Source: Antedon mediterranea
Lineage: Eukaryota > Animalia > Echinodermata
Length of the DNA: 64,000 nt
Assembly: GCF_964355755.1 (NCBI RefSeq)
Contig: NC_092670.1
Location: 30,864,388-30,928,387 of the forward strand
Direction: 5' to 3'
Part shown: positions 53,101 through 64,000 of the stretch, piece after piece
Position numbering within the stretch: position 1 is the first letter of the stretch
Layout of the letters: the number at the start of each line of letters is the position of its first letter
Translations under genes and position numbers: made by a program
Notes under the pieces: generated by a model
The model's database searches: none
What the model saw: only the letters and a program-made list of their open reading frames with translations
Told to the model about the DNA's origin: nothing

Positions 53101-56100
53101 TCACTGGATCCATTACAATATTGACCTCCATTCTTTGGAGGTGGGTTTGAACAGGTTCGCTTTCGGGACATTTCACCACCTTCACATTCTGCTGTGCAGT
53201 TGGACCATGGTGTCCATGGCGACCACTCACCAGGTACTAGAATAATTTGTAGAGAGTGTATTATAATCTGATGTTGGTCATGACCTCACTTTTGTTAAAA
53301 TACAACATAGGCCTAAAACTTATAAACACATCCGATGACCTGGCTGTTAATTGACTACTATGTCAGAATATGCTCCCAGTAGGCATTCATTAATTATGTG
53401 GGAAAATTCATACTGTAGATATAGTTTTTGATATTTTCTATAACGGATAATAAACAATTACTAACAAACATATATGACAAATTATTATGACATGGTAACC
53501 TGTGTATCATATGCAATGTGTTGTTGTAACAGACTGCCAACTTCTTAGAATTACTCTTACTATAATTAGACCATACTGAAAATACTACCGAAATACCACA
53601 TTCATGTACACACAGTATAAAGAGTCAATCTCATATAACATTTATACATACTTGGGCAAGCATCTGTGTTGCAGGATTGAGTTTCACTTATTATTATGGG
53701 AGAATCACATTCTTCGCCACCGTTTTCAGGAGGATTGTAAGAACGTGTTCGCTTTTGTCCACCAACACCACATGATTTGCTACATTCTGTCCATGGAGTC
53801 CAATCACCATAAGAACAGTCTACTGAGCATTCTGGATCACCAGCTTCACAAACTGCAAAATTGTTAGATATTTTATCATATAAAACTAAAGTACATCACA
53901 TACAACAAATAATAATATATTTTCTGATAAGACAAAAACAATCTTTTTGACAGCTTTTTTATATTTTATTTCCAAGGTATTGTATTTAGAATATAATATG
54001 TTTGGTTCAATTTGTAATCAAACTATTGCCAGTATACAATTTCAATATTTAAATACAATGATGTTATAGAAATATGTGAGCATATGTAAGCATACCTATT
54101 CCTATTGCAATGCAATAAAACTTATACCCAAGAAAAGCCCAAGTGGTTAATGGTCACTCAACATTTTCTTATCATATTCTCTTTATGAACTTTTTATCAC
54201 TGGATGTTTCTCCTCCCTTTCCGATATAACATAGGTAAATATACTTACTATGGAAACAACCAAAGTATTCAACTTTCATGTATGGTGTAGCACTCTCAGG
54301 CCATGATATTATAGCAAGTTTCACTGCTTTAATTTCTCCTAATGATTCAGGTAGCAAGAATGTTTGTAGTACGTCATAACCATCAGCTGGTATTTGTAAC
54401 GCCTAAAATGAAATTAAATAATACTAAGTGAATTAAATGTGTGAAATCATGCATTTTCTATCCTTTAAATAACATATTTTCAACTAAAGTTTTCATATTT
54501 TATTCAGCAACATTTTATGGTGGTAAATGTACTTGACAACTGTTATTATTATTATTATTATTATTATAATAGACAGGCAGCCCAGAGACATTTGGTTAGA
54601 TGAGCTAGGTACCAATATCTGACTATTTAAGTGTTTTGGGAGTCACTTGAAGTCAATGAAAATGGGAGTCTGCCGGGTACCCCCTGCTGCGTCTAGACCG
54701 GGGGGACCCCAAAACGTGCTAAAAAATCGACCCAGGTTAGATGAGAGAGATACCACTTAATTTTACCACCATGGGATGCCCATTGGCATCCTTATACCAG
54801 TATCACAAACGAAAATCTCTGTTGCAAAAGGCCCGCCAGATCCCCCGAGGGAGGGCCTAAAAAGGGGTTAGCATAGATGAGTGAGGTACCACTCAAAATT
54901 AATGCCAAATGAACAAGTTGTGTTCATACAATACTAAATGGATAACAACAGACTAATTATCTGCTGCACCGCAAGTGCCAGACACCCTAAAGTTAGACTA
55001 GAGATCCCCCTTCCCCCAACTAGCCCAGCTTAGATATTGTAGATACCACCAACAACCAATGTTATATGATTTAGCACATTGTAAGCAATACCAAATTAAC
55101 CTATTACAAACTATCTGTACACTGCCTTGGCCCTGGCAGACCCCTCTAAAGGTGACTAGAGACTCCATTTTCCCAACTGGTATCTACAATATCTAAGCTG
55201 GGATAGTTGGGGAAAGTGGGTCTCTAGTCTAACTTTAGAGGGGTATGCCAGGGCCAAGGCAGTGTACTAGTCTGTAATAGGTCATTTGGTATTGCTTACA
55301 ATGTGCTAAATCATATTCATTGGTTGCTGGTGGTATCTACAATATCTAAGCTGGGATAGTTGGGGAAAGGGGGTCTCTAGTCTAACTTTAGAGGGGTCTG
55401 CCAGGGCCAAGGCAGTGTACAGATAGTCTGTAATAGGTCATTTGGTGTTGCTTACAATGTGCTAAATCATATAACATTGGTTGCTGGTGGTATCTACAAT
55501 ATCTAAGCTGGGCTAGTTGGGGGAAGGGGGGTCTCTAGTCTAACTTTAGGGTGTCTGGCACTTGCGATGCAGCAGACAATTACGCCCGTATTCTTAAACC
55601 GGACTTTAGTCGTAGTTCGAGCTAAAACTAAAAAAATGACGTCATTTTTATTCATAAACCGAACTTCAACTAAATCACCGACTAAATCAGGCCAACCTCG
55701 ACTAAATCGAGACGGATTTTGATCGATTTTTTTAGTCCTGGAGTGGGCAGGCTAAATGGTCGACTAAATGGTTTTTAAACGATGTTTATAAAAAAGTAAC
55801 AGTCATTGAGTTGTTATATTGGCCAGATATTGAAGAATGAAATATCTATATTTATATTAGCTCAATTAAATATACATTGGTATAAGTTATAATAACGAAA
55901 ATCATCTTTATTTACAACTGTATACAAATTACATTATTTTCTTCGCGCAAGTCCGACTTGAACTACGTGACGCCATAGCGACAATGGCAGATGCGGAAAT
56001 TCACCACGCGATGAAATGTTTAGGGGGCCTAGCGCTCTCTTGTCACGCTATGAAGTGCGTGGTTCGTCGCGATCATACTTTGTTGGGGGCCTAGAAAATA

Positions 56101-59100
56101 TAAAAGTTATCGTACCGCCATGGTTCCCAAATATATTTTGAAGATTTTGTTTGTTGTTAATCAAAAGTACTTCACTGTTAAATTAATACTGATCTTGTTC
56201 TAATAATTAACGATTAAAATTATTTTTCATGTATATAGTACTGATGCGTAAAAAGTTTTGTAAGAAAATGGAAAGTGATATCAATGCGCAAAATTTCGTC
56301 TGCTCCTCAAATACTCTCTTGTCATTGGCCAATGTATAGCCTTTGGTACCCAGACGTGTGCAACTCGACTAAAAGCTCGACTTTATTAAGTCGAACTTCA
56401 AACTTCGTTTTTGAATCGAATTTGAAGTAATAGCTCGAACTACGACTTTTTCAAGTCGAACTTCGAACTACGACTAAAGTCCGGTTTAAGAATACGGGCG
56501 TTAGTCTGTTGTTATCCATTTAGTATTGTATGAACACAACTTGTTCATTTGGCATTAATTTTGAGTGGTACCTCACTCATCTATGCTAACCCCATTTTAG
56601 GCCCTCCCTCGGGAGGGTCTGGTGGGCCTTTTGCAGCAGAGAAAAAGTCTGTCGTTTGTGATACTGATATAAGGATGCCAATGGGCATCCCATGGTGGTA
56701 AAATTAGGTGGTATCTCTTTCATCTAACCGGGGTCGATTTTTTAGCACGTTTCGGGGTCCCCCCGGTCTAGACGCAGCAGGGGGTACCCGGCAGACTCCC
56801 ATTTTCATTGACTTAAAGTGACCCCCAACACACTTAAATAGTCAGATATTGGTACCTAGCTCATCTAACCAAATGTCTCTGGGCTGCCGGTCTATAAACT
56901 ACTACTGTTATCATTATTATTTTCAAATACAATAAAATGCCTCCTTTGGAAAGTCTCTTTAAGCCCTATAATTGCTACATAAAGGGTCACTTTGTTGAAT
57001 CCTAAAGGACCCTTAATAGGGGCTCTATTAATTGTATTAAAAAAACATATTACAAACCTCTGGGAAGTATATGAAGTCTTCACTATCTTCTGGTATGTAT
57101 TCCATTGACAGTTCCTTTACTTTGCCTATGATCTTCAAAGTCCTTAGTATGACTGGGGTACTAAAATGTGCTGTGATCGTTGGTAACTGACCCTCTGCAA
57201 CATTTGGTGTCCATTGTTTCTCCGTGTACAAGAGAGTGTTCTCGACAGGGGCGTTATCAGATGTTGTACGAGTTACGATGAGGCCGTCAACTTGACTGAG
57301 GTTCTCATCACACTCAGCTGCAAAATTGAACATTATTTTTCCAGTTGCATGGAATATTCTATTTTCCTTACAAGGGGTTTTCATATTTGGGAATAATGGC
57401 AGATTTAGAGTATATACAGGTAGGGATCTTACAAAATAAACTATATTTTTGAAGATGAATTTTTTAAATATTACAACATAGTTAAATATCTAGCAATTAG
57501 TGGTTAATGTGCTACTTCTTATAATTGTTTGGCCAATAATTTGGCACTGCACAACATTTGCACAATTAATAATAAATTTAATAACAAACTTTAAGAAATA
57601 TTCTTTAATGAATAATAACTGTTCTTACATGGACATGGTCCTGAATTACATTCTTCAGTCTCAACACCTGCCTCGATGCCACCCTCACATTCACCCTGAG
57701 TTGGTGGTATCATGCATGTTCTGCTACGGACAATCTCTCCAATACCACACTCTGATGAGCACTCTGACCATGGTGACCATATTGTCCAACCTGGTAATGA
57801 TGTGGTTGGTCGAAGTGTAGTAAATATTCTTGGTAAGGTGACAATCGTTGTACCTGGTTAATAAAACAGATTATCTGTCTGTGTTAGAGCATGTATCAAT
57901 CAAAATGTACAGACTTATGGATTAATTCAGCTGTACTACCAAAATAATAGTTTAGTTAAACAAACAAGCAATAGTGTATACAAAAGCTCTGTTTACATTA
58001 TCAATCTGACAAAAAAAGTATGGTACCAAATATGGTAGTGATATGCTTAAATATGGTAGTGATATGACATTATTATGTCCATATATGGGCGCATTGCATT
58101 TTTTTTGTCACATACAGTTTGATAGTGTACAAAGATTTTAATTGAGGTTGTTAAATGGTCAATTCATACCTTCATAGTCACAGCCAATCAGTTCTACTCT
58201 AACTCGGATATTCTCTAGATCACTCTGCAAAAACGCAATGATGACCTCGCTAGCATAGATGACCTCTTTGAAAGCGATTGTCTTGGGTACTATATCATTT
58301 ACATTTGCCTCATATCCCTGTAAAGAGTCACAAAATATATTTGGTCAACTCATAATGAAACAACATGGCATGCTACTTTTGTATATGTTTATTGATCTAG
58401 TGTATGTTATCTTTATGGTTAATGCAATGTAAAAACACTAGATTTATCACAGTAAACATTTTTCAATTTTTTAGGAATTTGATTTCGGTGTCTGCTAGTT
58501 TAAACTTCCTTGGTTTATTATAAAGGAGTGCTTATTTAACTTGGTAAAATTCAATGCATCACTTACGACTTGATCTTCTGGTTCTGAAACCATCAACCTC
58601 TCATCAGATCCAGGGGTCTTATAGTAAACACGGATACGTTTGGCATAAAGGTCTGTATCAGATCCACCTCCACGGATATTGAGGCCAGAAACTTGTTTAG
58701 GCACATCCAATGTTATCGTGAGAGATGTACTGTTATCACTTGGTGCCCATCCATAGATACCAATCTCATCAGCTGGACTTGTGAATGACACACTTTCTGG
58801 TGTTTCTGGGCCAGTCTCCAAGATTTCACTACAAACTGCGATTAAACAGACACTCAGTTGTTATTGAGGTTATCTATATGCTATGATAATGTATATTCTA
58901 TGGTTGTTGTATTAGTGGTGGAACAAGCCAAAAAGGGCAATGTATATTTTATTGATACCAATGGTTTAATTAAAATTCAATTATTCCATCATTTTCCAAG
59001 TCAAAACATCTATACAAAACAAGTTAAAAAGCTTGTTCTTAGGATTTGAAAATACACATACCTGGAGGAATGATAGTTGTGAGCCTACCAACTCTTGGAG

Positions 59101-62100
59101 TTACTGGAACTTGCAGTGTGCTCTTAAGCATGGCATTTGTTACAAAAGTTGTTGGTGTAACTCCTGTGGTTGGTGATACAGTAGAAATTGAGGCTGAAGT
59201 TGGAAGCAATGTTGTAACTACAAGTTAAACATTTAAAAAAAGATAATTAGTACATAACAAATTACAAATAATTGACATCAAATTGCCATTAAAGATTTCA
59301 ACATTACATACTTTTAGCATATATGAGATTTCTTACCTTGAGCAGCACATCCAAGTACCTGAAGCCTAAGACGGACTTCTCGATTGATGTTGAAGAAACG
59401 CAGCAAAAGTCGTGATGTCACAACTGGTGTTGGCAATTCAATCATTGTTGGAGTTGAATCATCATCATTACCAGTAAATCGCTATAAAACAAAGTAACAA
59501 TGTTTAATCAATCTAAAAAAAATAGACTTATAGAATTTAGCCATTGTAAGATTCCATAAGAAGTTAGATCACCAACATCGTCAGATCAGGTCTGAATAAT
59601 TATGAGGTTAAAGCAAGGGTACACTAGGTTTGACATGATTAGGCCACTGAGGCATAATACAGTTTACTGCTGGTAGTTTGTAATTTCCTGGATATATTGT
59701 GATGTTAAAAGTTCAATGAATATAGCCGCAGTATATGTCATTGCAATATTGCGGATACAAGCCATAACAAGATATTTATTTATAGTATAGTATAAATATA
59801 AACCAATACATATTATTAAACAAATCCTTTACCTCTGGAATGGCAGTAGGACTGTTGCTACCAACTGGATAGTAATAAATCAAGAGCTCTTCCACATATT
59901 GGTCAGTTCCAATTCCACCTCCAACAATGTTGAGAGCGCTAACTGTCACCATTTCGGAAAGCTCTATCTCAATGTTGTCTGCTCCAGACCAACCAAATGA
60001 GTTGTCTTCATTAGGTAGACTGTTCAAGTTTAGGTTAGAAGGTGTGTCTTCAGCGAAGTCAATTACATTATAGCATGCTATAAAATGATAAAAATAATTA
60101 CACACATTAAGTATAAAATGAGGCCCAAGGCAATAATAAAATAATATTTTGATTTTAGAGTATTTATTATTGTATTAATTAGGAAGAATATGTGGATTAC
60201 CTTCAGCAGTTGTAGTAGCATTGAATGCTGGGAAAGCAGTAGTTGTTACTGAGAAAAAAAAACAAGATGATTAAATTTACTAAAACTAAAGGCCGACATT
60301 TAGACAGCGTCATACAACAAGGTTCATCGAGTCGTCTCATCATGATGATGCTGTCTTTGTTGGCCTTAACATAATCAAAATCAATTAACTAGATATTGTT
60401 CATTATATGTTTTACAATCCGTGTGCATCTCAACATACAGTGATGCGATTTATTTTAAATTACATAAATTGTATTCACATCTAGATAATGTAAAGAAAGG
60501 CCACTCGGCACGTATTATGTATTTTGATTTTCAGTCTGCGTTTAATACCATACAACCCCATATCTTAGCAGACAAAATGTTGAATATGGAGTTTCCCCGT
60601 CCGATTGTTCGTTTAGTTTTAAATTTCATTTGTGATAGAAAACAATTTGTTAATATTAATGGTGTTAAGTCAGAAATCGTAACCTCTGACACCGGTGTTC
60701 CTCAGGGTACTGTCAACGCACCTAAATTATATTCCTTGTATACGGCCAATTACAGATCTTTAAATGATGAGCTTTGCCCCGTTGTTAAATTCGCTGATGA
60801 CACTAGTACTATTGGTCTCATAGTTTCAAACAATGATGAAAATTATCGTAGCGAAATACAAAGATTTGTATAAATTTTGTGACGATAATTATCTCCAAAT
60901 AAATGCATCAAAAACAAAAGAGATGATCATTGATTTTAGGACTAAACATAAATTTAATTTTCAACCAATCACTATCAAAGGTAAAGAAATTGAAATTGTT
61001 GACCAGTACAAGTATCTAGGAATTGTTTTCAATGATAAACTGAATTGGGGAGACCATATAGACTACATCAGCAAAAAATTAAATCCCACAATGTATTGTA
61101 TGAGAACTTTATATAAATTTAAATCCTGTGATTTGATGTTACTTTCGTTTTATAGATCCGTTATATGTAGTGTTTGGACGTATTGCCTCTCCTGTTGGGC
61201 TGGTAATGTTACCGGAGGGAATAAAGGACGCCTTGAAACTTTCATCCGTCGGGCTGGTAAAATGATTGGTCTGGAACTGCCTTCCTTTACCGATGTGCAC
61301 CTAGAACACCTCCAGAAAGATTTCGAACGCATTGAGTCGGATGCCTCTCATCCTCTCCACAAAGTGATCATAGACCAACTTAATCCAAGTGGTAGATTGA
61401 GGCTCCTCAGTGTGAAAACAAATCGATTTGCTAAATCCTTTATTCCCTCCGGTATCATCCAGTACAACGGGAAGTCAAGAAGATAATTTCATCTTGTAAT
61501 TTTTTAGATGTTTTTATATGAATGGTTTTATGCTATATTTGTTTTTATTGTGTTTTCTTTGTTATTATGACGAGCTATGAATTTCCTTGTTGAGGATCAA
61601 TAAAAAAAAAAAAAAAAAAAAAAAAAAAGTTATCTTATCTTAACATATTACCTTCCAATCCAGCAGATAATATGTGAAGCAAGCGGGATATATTTGGGCA
61701 TGTTATAAATGTATATATGTATGCATACAGTTTGTATGCAATAATGTCTTAATGCGTTTAGACAAGAGAATATACATACCTGCAGCTTCCATACATCCCA
61801 AAAGAGACAAACGGAGTGTTGGTGAACTTGAGTTCTTGTTTGTCCAGTCAATGATGTTGATTCTGATTGATGTCACAGCTGGAAGTTGTATCAGAAGATA
61901 ATGCTCTGTGGCTACAGAGTTGTCATCTGATGGAATTACTTCAAAGTTCTGTAAATTTTAAGATCATGTTGTAATTACAAATTGTTTATTATTCAGATAT
62001 AATTTAAGTTAGATTCAAAATAGCACATGCCCCTATGTTGCAATAATAGACCTTGTTTGATGTACCATTAACTCTAAGATATGTACAATTGTTGTTTATA

Positions 62101-64000
62101 CTTGTGTTGAAATTACAGACGTTCTTTTGATACATGTGTTAAAGACGTTTATATGGTTACAGCGTCTGGACCCGTTCGATTCCCCTTTGAGAGAATAATG
62201 ACAATTGTCTATACAGATATTAAGGATCTCATGAAATTAAATTAAATATCAAAATAACTTAATTAATGCAATACCATAGTTTCTAAATTTATTACACACT
62301 TTCTTTTAGTTAGAATCAAATATATTTTGTGAAGATAAATTGTTTAAATTTCCAATTGATGTATAAATACTGAATAAATCAACAAAATAAAAAGCTTTTA
62401 CCTGATTTAGACTTCTGTATGTGCTTTCACCTTCTGGCATATAGTCTAGTGCCATCATAGTTACAACGTCATCCTGATTTCCTTGGGTGATAAAAGCTGT
62501 AATGCGAACTGGTGTTATGAAATTGACAATCACATTCAGAGGAGACTCGCCATTAGCAGAGTACCAAGGTTGGGCATCATCAAGAGCAGATTTGCTACCA
62601 TTCTGACCGTCGGATAACTCACGACCACTCTCTAAATAGTCCAGGTTTTCTTTACAAACTTCTACAAAAAAAGATAATTTCCACAATAAAAAAGAGCACT
62701 AAATGGACAAACATATTACAAAACAATAGTTTTTCTTCCCTGCTAACAAATATAGTATGGTTTGTTCAGTTTGTCAAACTGTCCAGTGCTTTAGAAATAC
62801 ATGTTTAGTAATTAAATATATAAAGTTAGTATTATTTTATTTCAAAATATTATACCTTCTTCGCATCCCAAAACTTCCATTCGTAAGCGTACTTCTTTCT
62901 CTGAATTAAATATTCTGAATGAAAGTTGTGAAGTGACAAATGAATCACTCAGAATGTTTGAGTTGTTACTGAAGTCAATGGTGATCAGTGCACTATCACT
63001 ATCACTCACAGTAATAAACTGTAAGAAAAAAAAAACAAGAATTAGTGCTAAAATGCGTTTATATAAACAAACACATGAAATGAATAATAATTGCCATTTT
63101 CTAAGTGATAATCTGAACAGAAACAAATCCAATAGTTGCATATTGCTTGTACAATGAAATTCAGTGTTCCAAAATAACAGGTCATATAACCTCTCTATAC
63201 GGAAGATGATGAATCAGTAAGTCTCTGCTCAGCCCTATGTAAAACATCAAACTAATCGTCCAGGGAATGGAATCTTTCAAAACTGAATTAATTTCTTATG
63301 TAATTTATAATATTAAACAAGTTTATTTTTATCCATAAGGCATACTTATATATGTAAATAATAGAGAAGCAGATGTCGATATGGAAACATTGTTTTTTTT
63401 ATACAATAATTATATATTATCCTACCAGGCTGCTAATGCTAACTGGTGTGTCCGAGTCTTCTGGTAAATAGTACACAAGCATATTATCAACATACGCATC
63501 TGATCCTAGACCACCTCCTAAGATGTTAAATCCTGTGATTCTATAGGTACCATTAAGGTTTACAGTAAGAATTCCTCCAGATGATGCTGTGTAGCCGTAA
63601 ACTCCATTCACATCTGGTTCACTGTCAAAGCTTAGACTTTGTGGAGCATCTAGCATCGGTACAACTTCAGTACAAGCTAGACATTGAAACAAAGCTTGGT
63701 TACAAAATTGTTTGGAATTATCGAAAAAAAAAAGAATACACATTTCTCTTATTATTATATAGTCAAAACTATTATTTGTTTACAACTCAGGTTAAGCAAT
63801 AAACTCTATATTTAAAGTTGACAAAGGTAATTAATTGATCCTTTACAGTAATATTCATAATTTCAGTATTGTTAATATATAATTACCCGGGATTGATGAT
63901 GTCATTAACATTCCAGTGGTTTGGCTATATGTGGTCGTAGACTGTCCAGTGGTTGATGTGACATTGCTTGCTGTAGTTGTACCACGAGCAGCAGTGGTTG
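41116..64000 (-). CDS. SCO-spondin-like / mucin-like giant secreted glycoprotein, 3' part (5' end outside the window)
   Basis: About 40 GT-AG exons. TSP1 repeats (WxxWSxCS..C..G..R.R.C) at ~43489-43656, 45505-45668, 45972-46171, 48117-48284, 48533-48725, 50212-50376, 50488-50658, 50926-51085, 53068-53236, 53652-53853, 57628-57853. TIL/VWC-like exons at ~42817-43121, 44060-44246, 45169-45299, 47658-47951, 49881-50009, 52559-52808. Split FA58C-like modules and Thr/Pro-rich linkers. Cystine-knot exon 41671-41982, then a short last coding exon (G-P-TGA, stop 41118-41116). Confidence 0.85.
42211..42298. mobile_element. Partial copy of the TAA-TSD MITE family
   Basis: GTGATGTGCCCAAATATGGTAGTGATATG..GTAGTGTAGACAG, matching 43218-43355. 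Confidence 0.65.
43218..43355. mobile_element. MITE (PIF/Harbinger-like), complete ~138-bp copy
   Basis: Imperfect TIRs AGTTCTGTTTACACTATCA / TGATAGTGTAGACAGAGCT, with TAA at 43215-43217 and 43356-43358. Confidence 0.8.
44377..44628 (+). mobile_element. tRNA-derived SINE, copy 2
   Basis: A box TGGCTTGGTGG, B box GGTTCAAGTCC, non-tRNA body shared with 39460-39698, poly(A) tail. Confidence 0.82.
52112..52540. repeat. 149-bp direct duplication (52112-52260 and 52392-52540) flanking a 131-bp spacer
   Basis: The two copies read identical by eye; the spacer begins AGTAGGTACAATTGAACCTCCTTAAGCGACCACC, resembling a Tigger/pogo-type MITE end. Confidence 0.9.
54543..54567. repeat. (TTA)n microsatellite
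   Basis: About 8 TTA units immediately left of the foldback element. Confidence 0.85.
54570..56894. mobile_element. Foldback-type non-autonomous DNA transposon (~1.4 kb, almost fully palindromic) carrying a nested MITE
   Basis: TAGACAGGCAGCCCAGAGACATTTGGTTAGATGAGCTAGGTACC.. mirrored by ..GGTACCTAGCTCATCTAACCAAATGTCTCTGGGCTGCCGGTCTA; arms of several hundred bp; internal ~155-bp subrepeats; flanks compatible with a TAA or TA TSD. Confidence 0.9.
55583..56500. mobile_element. 918-bp PIF/Harbinger-like non-autonomous element nested in the foldback
   Basis: Perfect 38-bp TIR CGCCCGTATTCTTAAACCGGACTTTAGTCGTAGTTCGA; TTA TSD at 55580-55582 and 56501-56503; subterminal CGACTAAA / CGAACT motifs; no long ORF. 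Confidence 0.93.
57985..58137. mobile_element. Degenerate copy of the TAA-TSD MITE family
   Basis: AGCTCTGTTTACATTATCA..AAATATGGTAGTGATATG (x2)..TTTGATAGTGTACA. Confidence 0.7.
60438..61641 (+). mobile_element. 5'-truncated Rex1/Babar-like LINE (RT fragment with one frameshift), antisense within an intron of the SCO-spondin-like gene
   Basis: [60 protein letters not shown]; +1 frameshift near 60871; 3' end GGATCAAT-A27-GTTATCTTATCTT. Confidence 0.88.

Noticed and set aside
60365-61647. CTTAACATA as target-site duplication of the Rex/Babar-like LINE
   Set aside because: The left copy lies ~65 bp before recognisable RT coding sequence and the 9-mer is AT-rich, so the match may be chance.

Overview
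AT-rich animal (invertebrate-type) genomic DNA with GT-AG introns, so most short ORFs in the supplied track are exon fragments or noise. Three spliced genes can be reconstructed by hand with consistent exon phases. (1) A + strand MAP3K14(NIK)/MAP3K8(COT)-family Ser/Thr kinase (exons ~273-8705, 5' end probably outside the window). (2) A complete three-exon - strand BAMBI gene (ATG 37410, stop 14639) with a 16-kb first intron and BMP-Smad GGCGCC sites. (3) The 3' part of a very large - strand SCO-spondin-like protein (TSP1, TIL/VWC, at least six FA58C/discoidin-like modules, PTS linkers, C-terminal cystine knot; >64000 to ~41116). Mobile DNA includes an intact two-ORF CR1-type LINE in BAMBI intron 1, a 5'-truncated Rex/Babar-like LINE, two tRNA-derived SINE copies, several MITEs and a nested foldback/Harbinger-like MITE pair. 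The most unusual signals are non-coding: tiny 18-29 bp hairpins each flanked by a 7-bp direct repeat (resembling P/Galileo-type excision scars), and a large excess of TAGGCCTA and TAC(A/T/C/G)GTA words concentrated in the CpG-retaining BAMBI domain. No prokaryote-type system, CRISPR array or rRNA is present. All homology calls come from recalled motifs, not database searches.
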